64,000 nucleotides of DNA from Phoronis australis. Lineage: Eukaryota; Animalia; Phoronida. Within the stretch, counting starts at the first letter, position 1. Each line of letters starts with the position of its first letter. Positions 37,701-48,524 of the stretch are shown here, piece by piece. The DNA lies in NCBI GenBank assembly GCA_002633005.1, contig NMRA01000825.1, forward strand, positions 58,792 to 122,791. The letters are read 5' to 3'. The translations under genes and the position numbers were made by a program. Below the pieces are notes generated by a model. That model was not told the DNA's origin, did not search any database, and saw only the letters and a list, made by a program, of their open reading frames with translations.

Positions 37701-40700
37701 GTCATGTAGACCCACGTTATCAAAATGGCTCCTGGTGACATAAACTAACTGTTGCTCATCATCCCATTGACACAACACCCTTCATTCATGCAGACATCTG
37801 AATCAAACTGACACGTAAGTGGACAGCAGTGTCCTAAATAAATTGTCACGTAAGTGGACAGTACAGTTCTAAATAAACTGAACAGACTTGTGCCAACCAT
37901 GGATAAACCTCGTGCCAGCATTATGTAACAACATACTCTAAATAGTCTAGCAGCATAGTCTAGCAGCATAGTCTGACAGCATAGTCTGACTGCATAGTCT
38001 GACGGCATAGTCTGACGGCATAGTCTGACGGCATAGTCTGACAGCGTAGTCTGACAGCATAGTCTGACTGCATAGTCTGACTGCTTAGTCTGACTGCTTA
38101 GTCTGACAGCATAGTCTGACAACATAGTCTGACAGCATAGTCTGACTGCTTAGTCTGACTGCTTAGTCTGACAGCATAGTCTGACAGCTTCTCATTACAT
38201 CCTCTGTAATCTCCAGACCTCAAGAGGTTGATGTACCAAGCATGGTCCAACATGACGTGGCATTGACAGTTGCAGACGAGTACGTACCGCGCAGGTTGCC
38301 GCCTTCGCCACAACGACACATCACATTCAGCCCGTTTAGTGTGAACAGCCATTTTGACCAAGACTCGGACTGCCTATCACAGATAGAGGATTCCACTCAC
38401 CAACCAATCGTGTCTAGTCTGCTAACCACAGGCAGCCAGTCACATCAAAACGTTTCACAATCGAAAGGCCCTGCTTATTGGCCAATCAGCATCAATTCTT
38501 CAACCAGTGACAGCCAATCAAAGATGCCATGTGATCATGATACATTTACCAGTGACAGATCACTTAAAGATTGTACACAGCCAACATTACCAGGAAGGAG
38601 TGCTATTAATGTTGTCGGTGTTAACAAAGGCAAAGGAAGTAATTCCACACAAATGGCGTCACCAAGCAGAAAAAAATTGCGGTTTTCAGAAACTGACAAG
38701 ATAGTGTCCAATGGGAAATCTGATTCATGTCACATTTCCTTTGCACCGGGACACAGTGCAACGGATGGCCCTAGTTCTCTACCACTGTTACCACCTTCGG
38801 CTTTTGAAGCCAAACAAGACGGGTCGCAGAAGGGTCCTAAAAGTATTCAACAGAATGAACCAGTGCTTTTGACGCCTGGGCATTTTGAGCGGCCGTCAGC
38901 TGAACAAAACTCACCGCAGTCTCATGATTTTGGTGACTGGAGGGAACCCAACTCGGAGCAGCCCAAAGAGGTGAAAGGTCAAGTTGGTTTAGAGGCTATG
39001 TCAGTTAATGACGGTGAGACAGAACAAGAAACGGGCAATGTGAATGAAGACACCCAACTGGTCAGCATAAGGGACAAATTGAAGGAGTTTGACTGCAAGA
39101 AGAAGAGACTGGGGTCAGTACTGGTGGTGTGTAGTGAAGAGACTGGGGTCAGTACTGGTGGTGTGTAGTGAAGAGACTGGGGTCAGTACTGGTGGTGTGT
39201 AGTGAANGCGCCAGTGTTTCATGTCCACCAACACTGAGTTTCGTGTACAAACTTTTGCCACGTCTGAAATTCGAATGCTTGCAAGGTTTTGACTGTCACA
39301 CAGTAATGCTTTAGGTCACGTGACACTACTGGAAATCCTTGTTGGGAGTGAGAGGGTTGCAGCTGAACAGAAAGCCCCCCCCCCATGTCGAGTTCTGCTA
39401 AACCATATGAAACTGAGGTCATTTTTGGTTTTTAGATAGAAAAGCTATATGTACATTATGATTATTTGGAGATGGGAATCAGTTTTACTGATTTTTGAAT
39501 TACAATATATTGTAATATTTCAATAAATCATGGCATTCTGCAAGTCATTTTACATGATTGGGGTTTTGTAGGAAATAAATCATCCTGTGATATTTCATGA
39601 CAATATCCGGGATATTCCGTTATTTGTTATTTATAATTGTCTAATAGGTTTTGTGTTATTTACCGGGTTGTGACAAACATCTATTAACACCGTCAATTTT
39701 TTATCCGGTAAAGTTTGGTGGTTATTATAGATTGTGTTTTGTCTGGTAAAGTTTGGTGGATATTATAGATTGTGTTTTGTCTGGTAAAGTTTGTTGGATA
39801 TTATAGGTTGTGTTTTGTCTGGTAAAGTTTGGTGGTTATTATAGATTGTGTTTTATCCGGTAAAGTCTGTTGGATATTATAGATTGTGTTTTTGGTATTA
39901 TGTTGTAATTCCCCCTTTGGTTTACCCGCAGAACGTTACAAGAGCAGTATGTCCAGTTGTCTGATTGGCTAGTCGAGTACCGCGGTCAGTACTCGGACGA
40001 AGATGACATCAGAGAAGAGTTGAAACAGGTCAGTTATTGTTCTGTAAATCCAGGTTTCAGGTGTTATTAGTCACTTGACCTCTATTCCAGTCTCTGGCAC
40101 TGGCCACTCGACCAATGGTCAGGTTGTGATTTGTAATCACACGTTTTGTGCATTGGATAAAATATAAAATAATAATAATAATATAAGAGTACTTGATGAT
40201 AATTTGGCGCCATTATATCAAGGTTGGCAACATGTAAGGTGAGTGAAATAACTTTCACAATTCCTAGTGATATTCCCAGACTACAAAAATTATGTCACGT
40301 GTATGCAAGCTTTGGAAAAATTGTTCTTCAATATTTCCCCACCATTGGATAACACAGTTATTGCGCGGCTGTATCTCCGCACATGTATGACAATGATTAT
40401 TCATATGTAATTGACGTTTTTGTGACATGCACAACTGTCTTTTGCCTGTCCTTAGATCAACTGTATTATGATGGGAACTCCAGCATCTGTCCGAATTAGA
40501 GCTTATCATCGCTAATTAGCGCTTTTATGTGCCTACATATTTATATGTGGGTGCATATTGCCGTCATCTCTGTCTTGGGCGTCAGGGTGTGCAGCGTCCG
40601 CAGCTGTATCTCCTTAACTCCTTGCAGAATCTTATTGAAATTTGGCAAATATATACCTATAGGGTTGATGACAGAGGGCGACGAGTTTCGGATTGACCCG

Positions 40701-42501
40701 AATACCGCTGTTCCCCCTAGTGGCAATTTTATTTTTTTACGTCTGCCTCTGTATCTTCAAAGGCCCTCAACCGATTTTCATGAAATTTGGCACATAGGCA
40801 TTTATTAATGAGGTGACGCTATCCTTTTATTTTCGGATGGATTTGAGGTATTTTGTGCCATCTCGTGGCCATTTTTAGTATTTTCGAGTCCGGTTTTTGG
40901 CGTCCGCCCCTCTTTCAACCAAACCACTCTAAGGATGATTGCGAAATTTGGCATGTATGTTTTTACTATGAAGAGGACGGCTGACGATGATTTTCCAACG
41001 ACTTCGACTACTGTGGCGCCTCCTAGTGGCAGTTTTGTTTGTTTTTGCGCCAATAGCTGTATCTCCTAAAGGCGCTACAGGATCTTTATTAAATGCAGCA
41101 AATGTGTTCATAAAAAGTTGACAACAGACGGCGACGAGTTTCGGACCGACCCGAATACCACTGTGCCCCCTAGTGGCAATTTTAGTTTTTTACGTCTGTC
41201 TCTGTATCTTCAAAGGTCCTCAACCGATTTTCATGAAATTTAGCACATAGGCACGTATTAATAAGATGACGCTATTCTCTTGTTTTTTGATGGATTCGAG
41301 GTATTTTGCGCCATCTTGTGGCCATTTTTACCGTTTTCGAGTCCGTTTTTTGGCGTTCGCCTCTCTATCAACCAAACCACTCTAACGATGATTGTGAAAA
41401 TTGCCATGTGTGTTCTTATTATGAAGAGGACGGTTGCCGATGATTTTTCGACGACTTTGGCTACTGTGGTGCCTCCTAGTGGCAGTTTTTTGTGTCCATG
41501 GCTGTATTTCCTAAATTGTTAGCAGGATCTTTTCTAAATTTAGGAAGTGTATTTATATGATGTTGACAACGAATGACAATGACTCTCGGAAGGATTTGAC
41601 CCCTGGTGTGCCCCCTTGTGGCAATTTTAGTATTACGTTTACCTCTGTATCCTGAAATGTCCTCAACGGATTTTCATAAAATTTTGAATATGGGCGTCTA
41701 TTGTTGAGGTGACGCTATCATCCAGTTTTCGGATGGAGTCAAGGTATGTTGCGCCACCTAGTGGCCATTTTTGTCATTTTTGGCATCTACCCCTCTATCA
41801 ACCAAATCATTCTAAGGATGGTTTTGAAAATTGGCGTACATGTTCTCAGTGTGAAGAGGACGGTTGACGATGACAAGTTTGACTATTGTGGCACCTCCTA
41901 ATGGTAGATTTGTTTTTTTTTTTGCTCCCATAACTGTATCTCCTAAACCCTTTGCAGGATTTTTATTTAATTTAATTAGTAAGGGTATTTATATGAAGCT
42001 AACATCAGACAATGACGACTTTCAGACGGATCCAATGAACAGTGTGCCACCGAGTGGCAATTTCATTTTATTCTGTTTTCCTTTGTTTCTCTGAAGTTCC
42101 GTGATGGATTTCTATGAAATTTGGTGAATAGCTTTCTGTTAAAGAAGCAATGGCATGTTCCCATTTTTGGATGGATTGTTCTTTTTTTGCGCCATCTAGT
42201 GGCTATTTTTATGACACAAATAAACAATCCCAAAAAGCTCACCATTTGAGATGCATTCGTGGGCGCATTTTAACGCTCCGCGTTGCTCTTGTTACATTTG
42301 TTGGATTCTGATCAAGTTTGATTGTTACGTGTATGGTGCAGATAGCTTAGCCCCATTAATGTTATGTTTGTACTTTTGCGTGTTTAATCTTCGTAGATTG
42401 AAGACGAGATCTCGGCATTGACATCCTACGTAGAGCGGACCAAACCTGTGTGTGATGAACTTGTCAAGACCGTCCGACAAATGCTTCAGGGAAAGAGGTG
42501 A
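13733..42501 (+). CDS. SFI1: Protein SFI1 homolog (centrin-binding Sfi1 repeats), 28 exons, about 1411 aa
   Basis: Exons: 13733-13968, 15443-15580, 15926-15997, 17186-17296, 17932-18026, 19660-19777, 20455-20557, 21501-21636, 22384-22545, 23989-24059, 24818-24910, 25853-25950, 27311-27377, 27975-28105, 29299-29380, 30224-30316, 30701-30786, 31542-31617, 31911-32186, 32618-32714, 33389-33549, 34062-34211, 35297-35473, 36131-36327, 37381-37491, 38217-39113, 39932-40028, 42397-42501. Total 4236 nt, in frame. It has the SFI1 N-terminal motif [25 protein letters not shown], many A-x7-LL-x3-F/W-x2-W repeats, a low-complexity S/P-rich region and a C-terminal coiled coil. Confidence 0.93.
14080..14366 (-). 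mobile_element. tRNA-derived SINE head interrupted by a palindromic MITE (about 14118-14323)
   Basis: A box TGGCTGAATGG (14360-14350) and B-box-like GTTTCAAGTCC (about 14102-14092) are separated by a foldback insert TTAAATGAGAACGCATGACTTTGGCT...AGCCAAAGTCATGTGTTCTCATTTAA. Confidence 0.5.
14715..14952. repeat. Degenerate about 62-bp tandem repeat x4
   Basis: Recurring GCCTCTAGGTCAC...GCTTATAGTTGTGACCTAACTCA. Confidence 0.75.
16816..17095. repeat. 55-bp minisatellite x5
   Basis: Unit CATGTAGTCTTTGTGCCAAGAGCTTAAAAAGGCAAACTAGACCTGCTGTTCTAGG. Confidence 0.92.
18867..19146. repeat. 40-bp minisatellite x7
   Basis: Unit CATGCAATGTAAGATAACGATGTTAAATATAGAGATATCA. Confidence 0.95.
20566..21030. repeat. 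31-bp minisatellite x about 15, containing TACTAAC
   Basis: Unit CTCACCCTGTATTTATGTACTAACAGTGTGT; it starts about 8 nt into SFI1 intron 7. Confidence 0.95.
21832..22000. repeat. 28-bp minisatellite x6
   Basis: Unit TGAACATCCATAGCTGGACTGTGTTTCA. Confidence 0.92.
22620..23060 (-). mobile_element. 5'-truncated Penelope-like retroelement: GIY-YIG endonuclease remnant plus 3' end
   Basis: ORF 23023-22712 has GVIYQLKC...YIRETKR..LTRFKEH...AV.KH...GH...ILAKE...R.LKEAI.I....P.LNRD, the PLE GIY-YIG signature (YIG changed to YIR). A downstream hairpin is followed by GAAACGTC. Confidence 0.88.
23289..23950. repeat. 31-bp minisatellite x about 15 decaying into shorter units
   Basis: Unit TTAAGTTTGAGCATACATGTATATGGACCAC; degenerate copies run up to the U12 branch site. 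Confidence 0.93.
26938..27270. repeat. 36-bp minisatellite x about 9
   Basis: Unit TTCACTGAATGATTCACAAAGCCATTATCGTGCTTA; it explains ORFs 27046-27441 and 26832-27029. Confidence 0.92.
28597..28866. repeat. 17-bp minisatellite x about 16
   Basis: Unit TATGCATAACTGGTCTG. Confidence 0.95.
34855..34969. repeat. 29-bp minisatellite x4
   Basis: Unit GCTGGTTCTTACTGCTTCAGACCCGGCCG. Confidence 0.9.
36591..36667. repeat. 16-bp tandem repeat x about 5
   Basis: Unit CACGACATGTTATTGT. Confidence 0.85.
37943..38188. repeat. 13-bp minisatellite x about 18
   Basis: Unit GCATAGTCTGACA; it ends about 28 nt before the exon 26 acceptor. Confidence 0.93.
39102..39206. repeat. 34-bp repeat x3 (or more) spanning the SFI1 exon 26 donor
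   Basis: Unit GAAGAGACTGGGGTCAGTACTGGTGGTGTGTAGT; the array ends at the n at 39207. Confidence 0.9.
39701..39892. repeat. 38-bp minisatellite x5
   Basis: Unit GGTAAAGTTTGGTGGATATTATAGATTGTGTTTTGTCT. Confidence 0.92.
40523..42293 (+). mobile_element. Full-length Helentron-associated non-autonomous element (HINE, family 1) with internal about 450-bp (3 x about 150) tandem units
   Basis: 5' T-run plus inverted repeat ATGTGCCTACATAT/ATATGTGGGTGCAT, a decayed (GTCC)-type microsatellite, about 4 internal units, 3' sub-TIR GTGGGCGCAT (42259-68), hairpin AACGC-TCC-GCGTT and terminal CTTGTT. Confidence 0.8.
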
Positions 42502-42931
42502 CGGAAATCTGATGGTGCTCAATATTTATTTCATAACTTAATTTACTGTTTGTGCTCAGTCCACCCCATATTTTGTGTTATCCCATATGCTTGGGTATAA
42601 ACCTTCCCCTCCTGCTTAGCGCAAAGTTGTCAGGAAAAGCAGATCCTGAAAGCAGACTATCATTGCAAACACGTGTAATGCAAAGCACTATGTTCTAGTT
42701 TTAGATCATTGAAGCTCATTGGCTTGCTGGTAAGTCTGATTGTGTGATAGGAATCCATGCCTTTGAGCATATAGACAAATGTCTGATATAAGCCATCTCG
42801 AGTAAGCTTCTCCACATTTTGGAATTCCCAGTGACAACCCCAGTGTCTTGTAGGTGAGAGGCTAAGTTATTCAGTTGTGTAATATGTATGTGCTGCCTGT
42901 TCGGTGTATTGGTAAAATGTGTCAGAAGTGT

Positions 42932-42937
42932 AATAAA
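42932..42937 (+). terminator. Candidate SFI1 polyadenylation signal
   Basis: First AATAAA about 430 nt after the TGA, followed by T-rich sequence. Confidence 0.45.
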
Positions 42938-43138
42938 TAGTTTTTTTCTATTGGCTGTTGTATACATGTTATGTCAAATGATATGTGGATTTCTAGTTTA
43001 TGAACTTACAAACACAGTGAATTTAATGAGTGTCCTAACCACTCTAAGAACCCAAAAAAGTGTCAACTGCACTTTCAAACTTTTGTTTCCTTACCTTCAC
43101 AACTTGTACACAAGTGTAAAGAGGTGTTGTTTGTAAAG

Positions 43139-43265
43139 AATACAAGATAAATATTGTTACACATTGCAAAAAGCCTCAAAGGTCAAACCAAGAAACCTGA
43201 ACAATAATACAAGATAAAAACTGTTACAGGTTGCAAAGAGGTCAAAGGTCAGTCCAAGAGACCTC
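43139..43265. repeat. Degenerate about 67-bp direct repeat x2
   Basis: AATACAAGATAAA...TGTTACA..TTGCAAA...TCAAAGGTCA..CCAAGA.ACCT occurs twice. Confidence 0.7.
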
Positions 43266-45499
43266 ATCAACATGCCATTGAATGCAGAATGACACTTGGC
43301 TTACCTCAAACTCCAACTGCTGCCTGCTGGTTAATTTAATGAATAGCCCAAGTATGTAGCACACTTAGCAGGAACATAGTATGGCAACATTATACAAAAG
43401 TTTTCGGTTGTTTAAGTCACATTTCTTATCCGTTTTTTTAAATTCAGAAACAGGTGTGTGTTCCGAACTATTCAAATATTGCATTTAAAATAAAACTTTC
43501 AAAACGAAAATTTAATAACAGTATCTGCGAAAGAAATTATTCTAACATTTTAAATGTTACCATTTCTTGAGAAATTCAGAACTGAATTTTTACCCTACAT
43601 TTGCGGTACATTCGAGTCTTAAGCGTATAATTATTGGGAATAATTAAGGCGCACGCGCTTATACCGGAACCAGTTGAGTAAAACCTTGCTTGAAATTGAT
43701 TCTCTGGTGCACCCCATCATTTAAAAAATACGCAGTGTTATTTGGCTCTCTGATTGCAGTGGCCCACTGTTTGTGTATATGTATAGCCAGATTAAACCCT
43801 TAAGTTTGATTTTCAGTTAGAAGTTGTAAGCATACTCTAACATCTATTGCAAATTTCCAAAAACTGAACCCCTTAAAGAGTGTCCCGAAAGAGCTCTCGT
43901 TCAAAAGAGGAAATTTGCATGAAGCGAGAATTTTAACTCAATTGTAAATGGAATGTTATTGTAACATCCTGCAGATGGCGCACAGTTATGCCTAGCATTC
44001 AAAGAATGTTTCCTAAATAACTCCCTTATTTCCGTCGGCAGTTTTTAAGAAAAGAACACTCACTCGGAAATTTCCGAAATTCATTAAAAAAGCAGATGTT
44101 GGTTTAAATTAAAATGGAAGTTAAATAAGTTAAAAGACTAAAAGATCAGGTCATTGTTTGGAAGACGAATAATCTAGTGGTAATCTCGGATCTTTTAACC
44201 AAAATATTTTACGCCCATGGGGTTTCGGAATGTAGCGGCCAGTGCGTTTTTTCTGTAACACGGCATCAGATTAAAAATGTTTTGCATTTGCTTGTCGTAT
44301 TAATGGTCACTTTGGTACACCTTTCACGCAACTAAGCCTGGAAGTGATAGGTAAAACCTACAAGTTTCCTTTAGGTCGCTCTGATTATCACCCACACGCA
44401 GCACCTTACAGGCGTGTTCAGGGGAACGAGACCAAAAAAATCCCTTTGCGCACATCAAAATGGCGACAATCCGGTCTATCAAAACAACTGGTCCGTGACT
44501 TTCTCTGGCGGCCATATCATTGTTTGGGCGGCTGAAACTAACCCGCTGTGATGAACACCTTTCAAGAGCCTTGTCCGTAGCAATAACGAACAGCCAATTT
44601 AAACCTGAATAATGAAAAAATTCAATAACCTATAGCACATGCCTGACGTCAGTTATGTAATTGCGTTTTAAAACGAAAGTAACCGATGAATTTATGATTA
44701 CCTGCGCTTCCGGCCTGTATCCCTCACGATAAATATTTAAAAGGACACTAGATCCGATTTTGGCCTATTAACAAATATCAACTACGACTTTCCCCAATGC
44801 TTTTGACTAAACTCTTGTAATGAGGACACCAAAGCAAACCAAGCCAAAGCCAGCAATCTAAAACCGACATGGTCGACATGGCGGATAAAAAGGCAGTTCG
44901 TCCCTAGTCAGATGTATGCAGTCCAGTTAATATAACCACTTGGTGACTTCGTAGCATTCAAGATTTTAGAGTAGAGTCGTTCGATGGCATTTGCCACTTT
45001 GCACCTGCAAGCGAGGGCTTGAACGAGCCGTTGCATATTTTTTTTTTAATTATAGTTGAGTTTTATGAGAGATGGAATGTGAAGAATTCATTCAAACGTT
45101 TACGAATGACATCCCCAACTCTTTTGGTTCTTTAATTTTTTGATAGAAAATAATAGGATAGATGAGGTTATAAAATGTCTTTTCCATGGGCGGCGCATCA
45201 TAGGGGGCTATAGCCCTCACTTATTTCAGTGCTGTGCCGCTCATGGACATTGGGATGCGCACCATATATGGGGCTGGGGGCTATAGCCCTCCCTCACTTA
45301 TTTCGGTGTTGCGCCACCTATGTTTTCGCTTATGGCACAGAAGCTTCTTCGTCAATGACAATTAAATTTGGACGTCATCGGACGAACAGAGATTTACAGA
45401 ACGCGAAGGCTTTCAAAAGTAAAATATTGCCGCAAAATGTCAACGCCCGGAAATTAAGTTGTATGTGAACAGAATAAAAAGTATTTTAAAAACATGTTT

Positions 45500-46700
45500 C
45501 GCGAAAAGGGAAAAGCTTTTGAGTCCGGTGTGTTAGCCAATATACCCCATCACAAGAACAACCCTAAACATTTCTGGAAAAGTGTAGAGACTCACGTGAT
45601 CATCAACATCTTTTAGTGCCGCGGATAGTTGACAAGAATACTTTAAAACACTTTTGAACGAAGAATCTTTATGACTCATAATTCAGTGTTGAATTCTGTG
45701 TCATGTGAATTGGGTGCACATTCTGATACTTGTGATTCACGTAATGCTAATGTACCGTTTGATTGAAACAATGTTTACTCCGGAAGAAATTGATGAAGCG
45801 ATAAAAAGTATCACTAATATGAAGGCTGCAATGAGTGATGGCACTATTTTTGAGATGATGAAGTGTACCAGAGTACATATAGTTCCAGTTCTAGTCAAAT
45901 TGTTCAATAAAATTTTGGTTTCAGGCCTACACCCACAAACTTGGTGCGACGCTGTTTATGCCAATCCATAAGAAAGGAAATACGAATGGTGAAAGCTTGT
46001 AGGGGAATTTCCTTATAAGCGGCAGCTGGTTAGTTATTTTCTAGTGTTCGGCTGGCTTGGGCAAACCACGGTGGTGTAATTCACTAGTCCCAGGCAGGAT
46101 TTCGAAAAGGCTATGGGACCCGAGACCAAATATTTACCTTGTACGCCGTCTGCCATAAATTCATTAGTGGGTAAGGAAGTCATTTTTATTGCGCATTCGT
46201 AGATTTTGTGAAAGCGTTTGATAAAGTTTGTCAAATATTATTATTTAAACTCCGACAGTCAATGTACGGCAAACTGCTCACTTGCATCATAGACTATAGT
46301 GCAGAATATTCTATGCTTACATAAACACGCCACAAGAAGTCGCCTGTTATTTGCATTGTAAAATGCGGAGACAGCGGGAAGTATGATAAATCCTTTCATA
46401 TTTTGTTTATACCTTAGTAAATGAATTTTTGTTCTATAATTAACAACGCTAATAAATGAGGAATATTTGTGACAGGTGACATATCAGATATTCATTCGAT
46501 GCTTTATGCAGACGATATGGTGGTGTGTGACAGGTGACATATCAGATATTCATTCGATGCTTTATGCAGACGATATGGTAGTGTGTGACAGGTGACATAT
46601 CAGATATTCATTCGATGCTTTATGTAAACGATATGGTGGTGTGTGCTCGCATTCCAGTGAATCTGCATTAATTGTATGAATAGTTATTGTAGGACGTGAG
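45500..46700 (+). pseudogene. Decayed non-LTR retrotransposon (LINE) reverse transcriptase
   Basis: FTPEEIDEAIKSI...KAA..DG...EMMK...LVKLFNKIL.SG..PQTW (ORF 45705), then KKG...RGISL, VDF.KAFDKV (about 46199-46229), INPFIF and LYADDMVV (about 46502). There are many stops and frameshifts. Confidence 0.85.
46468..46645. repeat. 58-bp tandem repeat x3 containing the YADD codons
   Basis: Unit TGTGACAGGTGACATATCAGATATTCATTCGATGCTTTATGCAGACGATATGGTGGTG. Confidence 0.92.
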
Positions 46701-48299
46701 GCATGTCTGTAAACTTCGAATATATTTAGTATATGACGGTCCATTGCAAAATTATAAAAATGTTTTTTCGATAAGGATTAGATGAAAGTGCTTTGTCGCT
46801 ATAAGTATTTAGGCCTTATAAGTGCTGGGAGTTACGTCGAAAGAGTGTGACGAACAAGGAGTTGCACGAGTGTGATTTTGATATTCAAGACACATGTTTG
46901 ATCTTGCGTCTTTGCGCACACGACCAGTGTTTAATTTCGTCTTTTCATTCGTGTAGTTCGTTGCACAAGCGCTCGAATTCCCCGATGACTCAAAACCATC
47001 TATAAGAATCATAAAGGTTGGAGTCTAAAACTTTGCCGAGCCGAGGCTCCCAACTTCAACAATCCCAAAGCCAAATAAAACTTCCTTGCAGTCTCCCCAG
47101 ACTCGCATAGCATAAACTCACGAAGCCCTATCTTTCCTTGATCCCATCAAATTGTCCTTGTAAGAGGTGAATTGGAGATGGAATTTTCAAAACAAACTCA
47201 AAACTCCGAATTCAAGGACCGTAAATAGTTAACATGACGGATTTCACTAGTTGTGCTTTAAAGGTTCCCACCGTGCATTTTATTAGTTTTTGAGGTTTCA
47301 GTTTGCTAATGTGAAATGAATACCACAAAAGCTAACTAAAAAGCACTTTTTATGCCAAATAGTCGTGAATTTTTTAATTTTGAAGAAAAATTAGTTATTT
47401 CGTAGTTTCCAATCGTCACATTTGAAACTCTCGGTTCGTTTTGTGTATATATTCACAAAATAGACACTTAACAATCACTGACAAAGGCCACAGTAAACCT
47501 GGGTTACTCGTATTCACTATTGTCACGGCCGGTCTAAACAATGCATAAGTCCACGTGTCGAAGCACTCGATCTGGGCCGGTGTCGAGGGCCTGGCATCAC
47601 TCGCCCTAGAATGGAAGTAGTTTCTTCTTTATTTATAAACTTTGCTAAGGCACTTACAAGGTGGCAAGTCCTTTATCCTAACTCGGCTTGTGTGTATGTG
47701 GTCGAAACACGATTCTTTGAAATGTGCCGAACAAAGTGCAGCTCCCGGCTGAATCGCATGTATCCGACACTGCCATTCCACACTCTCGTGTGGCGCACAA
47801 ACCGATAACAGAAAACTATTTCTTTAAAATTTTGGCTTGTTTCTTAGCAACAGGTGTACTAGAGGCTATTAAATCTCTTAAGATGTATTAATAAAATAAA
47901 TTCTTTTTGAGACACAGGGTCATGGTGGGAACTCTTCAACTTCTACGCATATCGAGTTTGAGCAAGCATCCTCTACGTCAAAGTTAAGAAATATATCCCC
48001 TATTTCAATGATTGCGGTTACTAAAAAATATCACTTATATGTGTAATTGGATTCTTCTTATAGCTCATTTTATCACCTAACCAAGAATTTAATAGCAAGA
48101 ATCAGCGTATCTTGTATTCGATCTTTACATTATTTGCTACTCATTGTTTTAGGCGCAACGAATACAAAGATACTATTGACGAATACTCGGTTTTTGGCGG
48201 AGATTTCCGATGTTTGACCGCACGTTCAGTAGCAGTAAATCACCTATCGGTAACTGCGTTAGAAGTTAGTAACCCGGAAGTTCAACAAGATCTGTTGCT

Positions 48300-48524
48300 G
48301 GAAGACCAGCAAATGGAATGAATTTCAGTCAACCAAAAAGCCGCCTGAAGGCGGGGACATTAACGAAAACATTGTCAAAGGGGCGTTGCGAGTAGAACCG
48401 ACCTGTTATAAGTGTCATCAGCCAGGACACTTCAAACGTGAATGTCCGAAACTGCAGAAAACAAGTAATAATAACGGAGCTCAAACCAGAGAAAAAGAAC
48501 GAAATGGCGAACCTCGAGGACGCG
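48300..48524 (+). mobile_element. Retroelement gag remnant (CCHC zinc knuckle)
   Basis: CYKCHQPGHFKRECP fits CX2CX4HX4C in ORF 48386. The reading frame runs into a MITE and no protease or pol follows. Confidence 0.65.

Noticed and set aside
26832-38361. Repetitive-peptide ORFs at 26832-27441, 28567-28824 and 37745-38361
   Set aside because: Products of intronic minisatellites, antisense to SFI1, with no supporting gene structure.
38242-39168. 308-aa ORF as an independent gene
   Set aside because: It is the large exon 26 of SFI1 (acceptor 38216, donor 39114).
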